Shown here piece after piece: positions 38,211 through 46,857 of a stretch of DNA of 64,000 nucleotides. Location: positions 672,001-736,000 of the forward strand of contig OZ219754.1 in assembly GCA_964291295.2 (NCBI GenBank), given 5' to 3'. The position numbers and the translations under genes were made by a program. The DNA is from an uncultured Candidatus Binatia bacterium. GTDB taxonomy: Bacteria; Desulfobacterota; Binatia; UBA9968; JAJDTQ01. The notes under the pieces are model-generated. The model searched no databases. It was not told the origin of the DNA and saw only the letters and a list, made by a program, of their open reading frames with translations. The stretch's first letter is position 1, and each line of letters starts with the position of its first letter.

Positions 38211-38840
38211 TCACTCCCACGGCGGCGGTTTGCCCCATTCATCGTAGTAGGTGGTCCTGGAAGCGGGCAGGCGCGCTGTCGTGCCGAACCGGCCCTTGGG
38301 ATAGCCCAACGGGATGCAGCAGTGGACCTCCGTTTCCGGCGGCAGCCGGAACAGGTGGTGGATTCGGTCGCTGACGCAGGGATGAAGGGTGGTCAGCACC
38401 GACCCGATGCCCAGGGCGCGGGCGGCCAACATCAGGTTCTGCGCCGCGGGCAGGACGGAGTTGGCCTGTCCGGGCGAGGTGGCGACCGCCAGCACCACCA
38501 CGGGCACGTCATCCATGGCCTCGGCCAGCCGCATGGGCGACAGGTGCCGGTCGCCGGGCGGTGCGGTCTCGGGGCTCCATCCCGCCGGCTGCTTGGCCCA
38601 CCAGGCCTCGGCAAAAAGCTTCGCGAACTGCCGGATCTTCTCCCGACTCCGCACCACCAGGAAGCGCCCCCGGTGCTCATTGCGCGCATTGGGCGCCTTG
38701 GAGGCGGCGTCCATCAGCGTCCGGATGTCTTCGTCGCTTACCGGGTCCGGCTTGAACCTGCGGATGGCCCGCTGGGTGAACAGGGCCTCGCCAACGCTCA
38801 TGCCAAGCCGTTCGGGCGGTTCGAGCTTCACCATGGTCAT
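38211..38840 (-). CDS. Nitroreductase family protein
   Basis: TQRAIRRFKPDPV, AAQNLMLAARALGIGS, IPLGYP. Confidence 0.92.
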   Translation of the reverse strand: MTMVKLEPPERLGMSVGEALFTQRAIRRFKPDPVSDEDIRTLMDAASKAPNARNEHRGRFLVVRSREKIRQFAKLFAEAWWAKQPAGWSPETAPPGDRHLSPMRLAEAMDDVPVVVLAVATSPGQANSVLPAAQNLMLAARALGIGSVLTTLHPCVSDRIHHLFRLPPETEVHCCIPLGYPKGRFGTTARLPASRTTYYDEWGKPPPWE

Positions 38841-38930
38841 TTCCGCTGCCCCTTTCCGGTTCGCGATGGCGCGCCACAGAACTGCTCGCAGTTCGTTGAT
38901 TCCCTTGATTCAGCCCCGGCGGACTCGGGG

Positions 38931-39794
38931 TTATTCAGACCTTGTCTGACGCCCGGTCAGCTCCCGCGCGCGGTCGAGCACCGCGAATGAGCGCGGCGCG
39001 CCCGGCATGAGAAAGCGGAAGCCCGCCTCCACCAGCCGCTCGATGTTGTCGGCGTCGGGATGGGGATGGCCGCAGGGGACGCCGTGTTCCTTGCAGATTT
39101 CGAGGATGCGGTTGATGTGGCCGGCCACCGCCGGGTGGTCGTAGTCCCGGGGATGGCCCAGTTCCTGGCTCAGGTCCCCTTCGCCGATGAGCACCACGCC
39201 GATGCCCGGCACCTGCTTGAGCATGGCGGGCAGATTGTCGATGGCGCGTACCTCCTCACATTGGATCACCACCAGGATCTCGCCATCGGGTGCCAGCGGC
39301 CACACGTCCGCGCGCCGGTAGTATTCCTGCTGCGTCAGCCCCCAGTAGCGGGCGGCGCGGACGGGGGCGTCGCCGCGGATGCCCGGGGGATCGCGGAGCA
39401 GCCGCGGGTAGCGGCAGGCCGACACCGCGTTGCGCGCCTCCTCCACCGAACTGACGTGCGGGAAGATGACCCCGTAAACGCCCATGTCGAGCACCTGCTT
39501 CGCCAGCCACTGGTTCATCTCGTTACCGTTGGGCGGAACTCGCACCATGGGAGTCACCGCGGGACCGAGGGTGCCGCGGTCCACCAGCTGCCTCCGGTCC
39601 AGCATGTACTGCAGCGAGTGCCGCAACCCCGGCATGTCCAGGGGCGCGTGTTCCATTTCGAAGGCCACGCCGTCGAGCTTCGACGCCGCCATGGCGATGG
39701 CGGTTTCGACATCGTTGGAGGCAAAGCTCACGAAGGCCGTCCGGCCTTTCTCCAAGGCCTGGATGACACCGTTCAGACGTGGAATCTCGGCCAT
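38931..39794 (-). CDS. HpcH/HpaI aldolase family protein
   Basis: EMEHAP, PMVRVP, LDMGVYGVIFPHV, LIGEGDLS. Confidence 0.9.
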   Translation of the reverse strand: MAEIPRLNGVIQALEKGRTAFVSFASNDVETAIAMAASKLDGVAFEMEHAPLDMPGLRHSLQYMLDRRQLVDRGTLGPAVTPMVRVPPNGNEMNQWLAKQVLDMGVYGVIFPHVSSVEEARNAVSACRYPRLLRDPPGIRGDAPVRAARYWGLTQQEYYRRADVWPLAPDGEILVVIQCEEVRAIDNLPAMLKQVPGIGVVLIGEGDLSQELGHPRDYDHPAVAGHINRILEICKEHGVPCGHPHPDADNIERLVEAGFRFLMPGAPRSFAVLDRARELTGRQTRSE

Positions 39795-40069
39795 GAATCG
39801 CTCCGCCGGAGAGGCCGGGCATCGCCGGCGCCTTCCGCCATTCCATGCATGCGTAGTTCGTACCCGGCGGCCCCGCGCGTCATTCGGTAGGCCGACGCAT
39901 CATTCCCGCAGCAGCGGAAATCCGGCGGGCGGGGACCGGCGTCAGACTTGGTAACGGCCCAAGCCTATAGCCTGCCCATGCGGGCTTTGCTAGTGTAGTG
40001 TCCTGTTCCGGCAGGGCAAAGCGCTACCGCCCCGGACGGCACACGGAGTCCCCCCGGAGGTCCACGCTC

Positions 40070-41056
40070 GTGATCATCGACGCCCACGCACACTACACCA
40101 CGGCGCCAGCCAAGCTCCAATCGTTTCGCGCCCGGCAGATCGTCGAACAGGCGCGGCCGGCACCCGCCCGGCTCGACATCAGCGACGAGGAGCTGGCGCA
40201 GTCCATGCGCCCGCAGTTCCGGAGAATGGCCGATTCCGGCATCGACCGGCTGCTGTTCTCGCCTCAGGCATCAGCCATGGGCCACCACTTCGGGTCCGAA
40301 CTCATCAGCCGCTACTGGAGCGAGGCATGCAACGATCTCATCGCCCGCATCGCCAGGCTGTGGCCGGACAAGGTGTCGCCGGTGTGCCAGCTTCCCCAGT
40401 CGCCGGGAGTCGGCCCCGGCAGTTGGGTGGAAGAACTCGAGCGCCGCGTCAACGAGGACGGTTTCATCGCCTGCAACATCAACCCCGATCTGTGCAGCGG
40501 CCGGGAGCCGTGGACCCCGCCTTTGGGAGACGAGTGGTGGTATCCCCTGTGGGAGAAGATGGTGGAACTGGACATCCCGGGAACCATCCATGCCAGCGCA
40601 TCCCTGAACCCGGCTTTCCACACCACCAGTTCCTACTACATCGGGCAGCACCACAACAGCGCCGTGGAGCTGCTGCGCTCCCGCGTCTTCCAGGATTTCC
40701 CCGGGCTCAAGCTGGTCATCCCGCACGGCGGCGGGGCCGTGCCCTACCAGTGGAACCGTCACCGGGGCATGCACGTGAAGGAAGGCCTGGAACCTTTCGA
40801 GGAAGCGGCCCGGCGGGTCTACTGGGACATGGCCATCTACGACGCGGAGGCCATGGAGCTCCTGATCAAGCGTGTCGGAGCGGACCGCGTGCTGTTCGCC
40901 ACCGAGATGTTCGGCGCGGTAAACGCCACCGACCCCCGGACCGGCCGCAATTTCGAGGAGGTGGTGCCGCTCTTCGAATCCATCCAGGGCCTGGGCGGCC
41001 AGGACCATTACAACATCATGGAGGGCAACGCCAGGCGGCTCTACAAGCTGCCATGA
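40070..41056 (+). CDS. LigJ-like amidohydrolase (4-oxalomesaconate hydratase family)
   Basis: GTG start; IIDAHAHYTTAP, SPQASAMGHH, CQLPQSPG, IPHGGGAVPY, LFATEMFGAV. Confidence 0.85.
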   Translation: MIIDAHAHYTTAPAKLQSFRARQIVEQARPAPARLDISDEELAQSMRPQFRRMADSGIDRLLFSPQASAMGHHFGSELISRYWSEACNDLIARIARLWPDKVSPVCQLPQSPGVGPGSWVEELERRVNEDGFIACNINPDLCSGREPWTPPLGDEWWYPLWEKMVELDIPGTIHASASLNPAFHTTSSYYIGQHHNSAVELLRSRVFQDFPGLKLVIPHGGGAVPYQWNRHRGMHVKEGLEPFEEAARRVYWDMAIYDAEAMELLIKRVGADRVLFATEMFGAVNATDPRTGRNFEEVVPLFESIQGLGGQDHYNIMEGNARRLYKLP

Positions 41057-41087
41057 ACCACCGTTACCACCGTTACCGGAGTCATTC

Positions 41088-42197
41088 ATGATCGATTTCC
41101 TCTTTCCCACCCATGTCATGGGTTCCCAGACCCTTCGGCTGGTGGCCGAAGCCCAGCAGGGGGGCGGCGACGTGTTCGACATCGCGCGCCTGTGCCGCAA
41201 CCTCGACCCCGGCGACAGGAAGGGATGGGAACAGGCATGGCTGGACTTGGCCCGAACGACCGAGGACAAGGCCAGGGAGGCCCTGTCCAAGGGTCACGAG
41301 CGCACGGCCTTGCAGTTCTTCTTCCACGCCAACCAGTACTACCGCATGTCCGACGTGTTCCTGACCATCGCGGAGAACGACACCCGAGCGGAGCGGTTCA
41401 AGCTGTCGCAGGCCTGCTTCCGCGAGGCCGCGGCGCTGCACAAGCCGCCCCTGGAGGTCATCAGCGTCCGCCGCGGCGACGAGGAGTACGACGGATACTT
41501 CTGCCACCCGAAGAATCCGGCGCCCGGCGCATGGCCCGCCGTCTTCCTCATCGGCGGCGCCGACGCCTTTGCCGAAGAGATATTCTTCAGCGGCCGGCAG
41601 GTGACGGAATACGGCTGGGCGCTGCTCCTGGTGGACACCCCCGGACGGGGCTCGTCCATATACGTCAAGGGAATCCCCACCCGGGCGGACTACGAAGTTC
41701 CCGTCAAGGCATGCATCGACTACCTCGTGTCCCGGCCGGAGGTGGACCCCGAGCGCATCGGACTCATCGGCATCAGCATGGCCGGCTACTACGCCCCTCG
41801 GGCCGCGGCGTTCGACCGCCGCATCAAGGCGCTGGTGGGCTGGAGCGGCTGCTACAGCGTGCTTGACGATCTCTATCTCTTCTGCGAGCACCTCCGACCG
41901 GTGGTGCAACGGCTGCTGGGCGGCGTGAGCGACGCGGTGGCCCGGGAACGGCTCAAGGACTTCACCATGGAGGGTGCCGCGGAGAACATCACCTGCCCGA
42001 CGCTCATCACCCACGGCGCCGACGACCGGCTGATGGACGTGCAGGGCGCCCGACGACTGCATGAAGCCATCGGCAGCAAAGACAAGACCCTCAGGATCTA
42101 CGAGGAGGCAGCCGCGGGCGGCGTCATCCATTGCAGCCACGATTACTGGGCCCACAACGTGCCGTACATGCTCGACTGGATGCAGGACCGGCTGTAG
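41088..42197 (+). CDS. Alpha/beta hydrolase (FrsA / dihydroxypseudooxynicotine hydrolase-like)
   Basis: GGADAFAEE, DTPGRG, GISMAGYYAPRAAA. Confidence 0.85.
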   Translation: MIDFLFPTHVMGSQTLRLVAEAQQGGGDVFDIARLCRNLDPGDRKGWEQAWLDLARTTEDKAREALSKGHERTALQFFFHANQYYRMSDVFLTIAENDTRAERFKLSQACFREAAALHKPPLEVISVRRGDEEYDGYFCHPKNPAPGAWPAVFLIGGADAFAEEIFFSGRQVTEYGWALLLVDTPGRGSSIYVKGIPTRADYEVPVKACIDYLVSRPEVDPERIGLIGISMAGYYAPRAAAFDRRIKALVGWSGCYSVLDDLYLFCEHLRPVVQRLLGGVSDAVARERLKDFTMEGAAENITCPTLITHGADDRLMDVQGARRLHEAIGSKDKTLRIYEEAAAGGVIHCSHDYWAHNVPYMLDWMQDRL

Positions 42198-42512
42198 GCT
42201 GCAGACAGGAAGGTACGCCGAAGGACGCTATCGTGACGTGGTTGCTGGGGAGACAGGTCCTGATTTCCGGCCAGAATGCGGGGAAACGCCTGGTTTCCAG
42301 TACCTTGCCCGGAAGCACCCAGGCTGCCTCGATTCCTCCTCGCTCACGGGTCCCTCAATGCTCGGGACACGACTGCACCATGAGCGACGGTTCCGGTCAT
42401 CAGGGTTTCACGATGGACTGGTCTGACATGACTTCGCCCCCAAGCGCCATGCGGTCCCCCGGGCCGCCGACTCGCAGATCGGTTCCGCTGAAACGAACGG
42501 GGGTGGGGAAAC

Positions 42513-42584
42513 ACCGGTGAGGGTGGCCTGTTGCCGAGACCTCCTCCACGGAACCGGACGTGCCCGCATCAGGGCATCCGGTCA
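42513..42584 (-). ncRNA. Group II intron domain V-VI-like RNA (3' fragment), copy 2
   Basis: TGACCGGATGCCCTGATGCGGGCACGTCCGGTTC CGT GGAGGAGGTCTCGGCAACAGGCCACCCTCACCGGT. Confidence 0.7.
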
Positions 42585-43216
42585 CCGTAAAATGCTGACT
42601 GGAAAACCGGACCTGCTGACACATACCCGACGACGCCCTTCTGTTCGGAGCCGCCGAACTGCCCGAGGCCGCTGAAGGTTCTCGACACTCGGTCTCTGTT
42701 TTCGCTCGGAACGGACAAGGTCACGCGTGGCGCAAATCTGCCATCCGTGACGGAAGCGCGGGGGAAAGATACCGAGGAGGCCATGCCTTGAATATCTATT
42801 TCGGAATAAACAAGTGTCGCAAAGACGTCGTTCCCAGCTATGGTCACGTTGATTCTTGCGCTCCCGCTGTCTTGCCTATCAAGATAGCCGTTGAGCGAAT
42901 ACCGGCCATACCAGTTCCCCGACCAGACTCCCGTAACTGTGGGCTGGTGGTTCGGTGAAGAAGCCGTGATCGTCGGATTGCCGTCTCGGTCAAACAGAAC
43001 TCTCAATGCGTATTCTGAATGTTCAAATCCTACAGCATTACCGCCTCCCGATATAACACCCCACTCTCCCAAATCGTCCATGCTGATACCGGTGCTGGGA
43101 CTGCCACCGCCACTGCCACCGCCACCGCCACCGCAACTCCCAATCATCAAGCTCATCACCAGAATGACTGAGAGCCAAGCGCGATTCTCTGCAACTGAGA
43201 ATACCGTATATGTCAT
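42569..43216 (-). CDS. Putative surface lipoprotein (copy 2)
   Basis: LMIGSC then poly-Gly; roughly three-quarters identical by eye to 24067-24711; ends SAFYGDRMP. Confidence 0.8.
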   Translation of the reverse strand: MTYTVFSVAENRAWLSVILVMSLMIGSCGGGGGGSGGGSPSTGISMDDLGEWGVISGGGNAVGFEHSEYALRVLFDRDGNPTITASSPNHQPTVTGVWSGNWYGRYSLNGYLDRQDSGSARINVTIAGNDVFATLVYSEIDIQGMASSVSFPRASVTDGRFAPRVTLSVPSENRDRVSRTFSGLGQFGGSEQKGVVGYVSAGPVFQSAFYGDRMP

Positions 43217-43659
43217 GGAAACTCCCTCTTGTTGTTAACGGACAAGCCGCAAGTGGAGAAAGTGAATGCGGAAGACATACGGAAATGACCACCGTCATGG
43301 CGGAGAACGGGTTCTCGCCGGGAGTCGTGTCCCGGTCGTCCGACGTGAAGGAGCTTCGGTCCTGAAGCAACGGTGCCCGATGGCGCCGTTGCGGCGGGGG
43401 CGTACAAGGGTCGCAAGCGCGAGGCACTCATGTTCCGGCCGAACGACCGCGGCAGACTGCGCATCGCAACTTCGCCCAGCGTCTCCGTCATGCCTTCACC
43501 CTCCCGTACCGCAGGCCCGCCGCAACGTCGATGGCAGCCCGACGACGGCAGCCGTGCCGCTGCCAGATAGTCAAATAGGCCGGACTGAAGCCGGATGCAA
43601 GCACCCGGGATGGATGGACCGATTTCCTGCTGCGGGCGGCACAGCGCCCGCACGGGCGC

Positions 43660-43890
43660 CCTCGCCCTTCAGTTTCCACCCGACCGCGGCGGCCACCGGT
43701 TGGGCGGCCTGGCCGAGAGTGGCGTCGTCGAGACCGACGTAGCGGTGGGTGTTGGAAGCCCGGCAATGCCCGATCAGGCGTCCGGCCTGTGCATGCTCTC
43801 GCCGCTCATCACCGCGTGCGCGGTGTGTGCATGGCGCAGGTCGTGGAGCCGTGCATCGGCCACGATCCCGGCGGCGGCGCGCACGACCTT
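43660..43890 (-). pseudogene. Tyrosine integrase C-terminal remnant, frameshifted
   Basis: ADARLHDLRHAHTAHAVMSGES then, in another frame, AGRLIGHCRASNTHRYVGLDD (HxLRH, GH, Y motifs). Confidence 0.8.
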
Positions 43891-44230
43891 TTTGGAGGCG
43901 CGTGGAACGACACCCTGGTCGCGAATCAGCGGGGGGACTCGTTCCACGGCCTTCTCTTCGGTGGCTCCGGCCGCGACACCCTGGTAGCGGGCCGGGTCGA
44001 TCCAAACCGCCGGGTGGACGACGGCACCGGCGCGATGACCGACGGGACGAAGGGCACGGGGCCGAACCACGGCATTGAGGGGGACCTCTTCCATGGCGGT
44101 GAGGGGGAAGACACCTTCGTCCTGAACCCCGGCAGTCATGTCCATATCGATGACTACGAGCGCGTCATCCAGCAGCAGGGCGGCGCATGGAGTACCCGTG
44201 ACTTCATATATGTGACCGGTCTCAGGGTGA
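43880..44230 (+). pseudogene. Fragment of RTX-type protein
   Basis: LFGGAWNDTL, LFGGSGRDTL, FHGGEGEDTFVL; no credible start. Confidence 0.6.
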
Positions 44231-44373
44231 AGATATCGATGTCGTCCACCATCTCGAATGAGGCGGGTTGGTGCCTGACCGGATTTCGGATTGCAGGCCA
44301 TGTTCGCTGCGGTCGTATCCCTCCCTTGCTTATGGACAGGCGGGCGGATAGCGTAGTCAAGAGTTCGGCGCCA

Positions 44374-44455
44374 CCGTTCCGGGACACCAGCGCCACGACA
44401 GGGGAAATTCCCGTGCCCTCGTTGACCGGCCTGACCGCATGTCCCGGCGCCGCAA
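44374..44455 (+). repeat. AAA-ATPase leader (copy B), gene missing
   Basis: CCGTTCCGGGACA...GCCACGACAGGGGAAA...CCGCATGTCCCGGCGCCGCAA, matching copies A and C. Confidence 0.65.
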
Positions 44456-44456
44456 A

Positions 44457-44669
44457 CAGTCCCCGGAACAGGGGTTCGTGACAGGCAAACAACGATCCCA
44501 GCGTGTCGAGCAGCACGCTCTTGCCGAAGCGGCGCGGACGGGACAGGAAATAGTTGTCACTCTGCTCGACCAGGTTCCGGATGAGCGGGGTCTTGTCGAC
44601 ATAGTAGCTGCCGGTCTCCCGGAGGCGCCGGAAGTTCTGGATCCCGATCGGAAGGCGGCGGCGGGTCAT
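44457..44669 (-). pseudogene. 5' fragment (71 codons) of AAA-ATPase paralog
   Basis: MTRRRLPIGIQNFRRLRETGSYYVDKT...HEPLFRGL, nearly identical to the start of 22411. Confidence 0.9.
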
Positions 44670-44756
44670 CGGTCTCTCCCCTTGCGGCGCCGGCACATGC
44701 GGCCAAGCGGGATGTGCGGGACTTCTCCTTTCGTGGCTCCGAATGTCCCGGAACGG
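44670..44756 (-). repeat. AAA-ATPase leader (copy C)
   Basis: CCGTTCCGGGACA...GCCACGAAAGGAGAA...CCGCATGTGCCGGCGCCGCAAGGGGAGAGACCG-ATG. Confidence 0.65.
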
Positions 44757-45123
44757 GCGCGTCGAACGCACGGCCACGCTATCCGCCTGCCTGTCCCTTC
44801 CAGTACCGGCGCGACGGCCGACCCCACGCTCTGCGGATCGATATCATCTCGATCGGGATTCAAATCCCCAATGCGTGCGGTCTCGCGCCCGGCGATGCGT
44901 TTTGCGGTTTCCTCACTCATGCACACCTCTACGGTCACGCAGGACTCTTCGGGGCTGCCCGGATGGACGGTCCAGCGTTGTCCTCCCGCATTCTCGACTG
45001 TCGCCATCCCGAACCGATCCTGTTCCAGCTTCTGCATAACGTCCTGTTCCGGCCTTTGCATAACGTAAGGCAAGGGCTCCGGAAGGGTCAATCGGAGCGT
45101 AGCATGAGACGAGAACGGGTAGA

Positions 45124-45152
45124 CGATTCATCCCCGCGCGAGCAGGGAACCC
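45124..45152 (-). CRISPR. Solitary degenerate type I-E CRISPR-like repeat (no array)
   Basis: Plus strand CGATTCATCCCCGCGCGAGCAGGGAACCC vs recalled I-E repeat CGGTTCATCCCCGCGCGTGCGGGGAACAC, 25/29; no copies at +/-61 bp. Confidence 0.5.
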
Positions 45153-45522
45153 GGCAGGCAAGGACGGAGCGCTCATCCGGGTGCCGGCATGAGTGTACGA
45201 ACATGCTCGCGTATGGCCGTGACGTCGTCCTTTCGTCCCTCTGCGATCATGTCCCGAGTGAGCACCGGAGCGGCAAACAGCGGGGCCCTTGCGACCTGAA
45301 TCCGGGTATCGGCGCCGAAGAGTTTCCGTCGGTCGAGAGCTTCGATGGCGAGTCCGACGAGGAGCGGGTTGGCGCTCCGGGCGCCGCCTGTTCCAACAAG
45401 AAGATGAGCCTGTGCAGAGTGCGGCGGCTTCCACGGGCGGGGTTCGGACCTGCCCGTGGATGTGGCCCGGTGCGGCGGCGCGTGGTAGAGTCGCCGCATC
45501 ACGCTTGAGGGAGAACCATGCC

Positions 45523-46845
45523 ATGGCCAGGACACTGAAGACCGCCCACACTTGGGAGCCGCCTGCCAGTCTTTCCAGGGACGAGCTGGTCCGGATATCC
45601 GACGAGGTCCTGTCGGAGCCCGACATCCCCTACACCGAAACCGAGGAGGTGTTCCGCATCCACGCCAACGGCATGGACTGGGACATCGGCTGCATGGTGT
45701 ACGAGCCCAGGGACGCGGCCCGGATCCCCACCGGGCCGGATGGCCACAAGCTCGGTATCTTCATGACTCACGGCGGTGCCAGCGACTGGCGCTCCATCGA
45801 GCGGCTGGCCCGGTGCTTCACCGGGAAGCGGGGCTACAAGGTGTGCAGCATGACCTACCCCGGCCGCCTCTATCTGCCGGACCCAAGCCGTGACTGGCCC
45901 GACGACACCATTCACGAAGACGGCAGCGTGCGCACCCCCATATGGCTCGACGGCGAGTTCATCGGCAGAGACGAGTACGAAGTGGTCCACGACGCCTCGT
46001 TGCGGGAAGTCTACGGCTCCCGCTCCTACGCGCGGGCAAAAACGGGCAGCAACTTCTACTACCGGATGGCGGCTTGGCCGGTGGCCTTCGAAGAAGGGAT
46101 GCTGGACATCTGCCGCCGACACCTGCCGGTGGGCGAGTACTCGGTGTTCACCCACGGCCACTCCACCGGCGGCCCCTTCAGCCACTACCTGCTGCAGCGC
46201 ATCGAGAACGGCAAGGGGCTCATGGGTATCGAAAACTCGCCCTTCGCCTTCATCTTCCGCAAGATGAGCGGCCACGACTGGCCGACCCCGTTCGACCACG
46301 TGCTGATCCGGACCTGGCGCGAACTGGCGCGCTACAAGGGCGCCGAGGTGGCGATGCAGGAAGGCGACCGCCCGCTGTACCGGCTGGCCTGGCTGATGGA
46401 GGAGATATTCGAGATGTGGGAGCAGGCCCGGCGCTTCCCGCAGTTCAAGGCCGAGAACTGGCTCCACAGCGACAGCCACCCGTGCCTCACCCAGGCCGCC
46501 AGGGTGACGGCCGAGCGCCTGAAGATGAACGCCGAGGAGACCCAGGCCCTGGTGGACCGCTATCTGGGCTACGGGCGCCCGCTTCCGGGTGCCGACGCCA
46601 GGCCCGTCCCGCCGCTCCTCTACGGCATCAACCGGTTCAGCCGGGATCACACGCCCCCGAAGTACGACAACATCGTCAAGGCCGCGTACGCCGCCATGGA
46701 CCCCGCCCCCAAGGTGCGCGTCATCGAGATCGGCACCGGCGTCCATTCCTACTGGAAGACCGAGGAAGGCCTGCCCCTGGGCGTCTGCCCTGTGGTCACC
46801 CGGATCTGGCACGACGCCGTCATGAACGGGTACTACGAGGCGTGA
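45523..46845 (+). CDS. Hypothetical protein with alpha/beta hydrolase-like motifs
   Basis: 440 aa, typical GC3 bias, GAGGGAG RBS; HGGASD, GHSTGG, C-terminal GVHSY. Confidence 0.75.
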   Translation: MARTLKTAHTWEPPASLSRDELVRISDEVLSEPDIPYTETEEVFRIHANGMDWDIGCMVYEPRDAARIPTGPDGHKLGIFMTHGGASDWRSIERLARCFTGKRGYKVCSMTYPGRLYLPDPSRDWPDDTIHEDGSVRTPIWLDGEFIGRDEYEVVHDASLREVYGSRSYARAKTGSNFYYRMAAWPVAFEEGMLDICRRHLPVGEYSVFTHGHSTGGPFSHYLLQRIENGKGLMGIENSPFAFIFRKMSGHDWPTPFDHVLIRTWRELARYKGAEVAMQEGDRPLYRLAWLMEEIFEMWEQARRFPQFKAENWLHSDSHPCLTQAARVTAERLKMNAEETQALVDRYLGYGRPLPGADARPVPPLLYGINRFSRDHTPPKYDNIVKAAYAAMDPAPKVRVIEIGTGVHSYWKTEEGLPLGVCPVVTRIWHDAVMNGYYEA

Positions 46846-46857
46846 CGACACACCCGC

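Larger units (their letters stand above)
42513..43602 (-). repeat. Duplicated unit, copy 2
   Basis: Colinear with 24007-25285; lacks the ~170-bp G16-containing segment. Confidence 0.9.

Noticed and set aside
24067-43216. Diversity-generating retroelement (lipoprotein copies as TR/VR)
   Set aside because: No RT; both copies are full genes with indels and differences along their whole length rather than in a short variable region.
44666-45091. 141-aa minus-strand ORF, and the 45173-45535 fragment
   Set aside because: No motifs recognised, and the first runs through the ATPase leader repeat; possibly gene debris but not supportable.
45060-45220. CRISPR array
   Set aside because: Only one repeat-like unit; nothing at the expected ~61-bp spacing.
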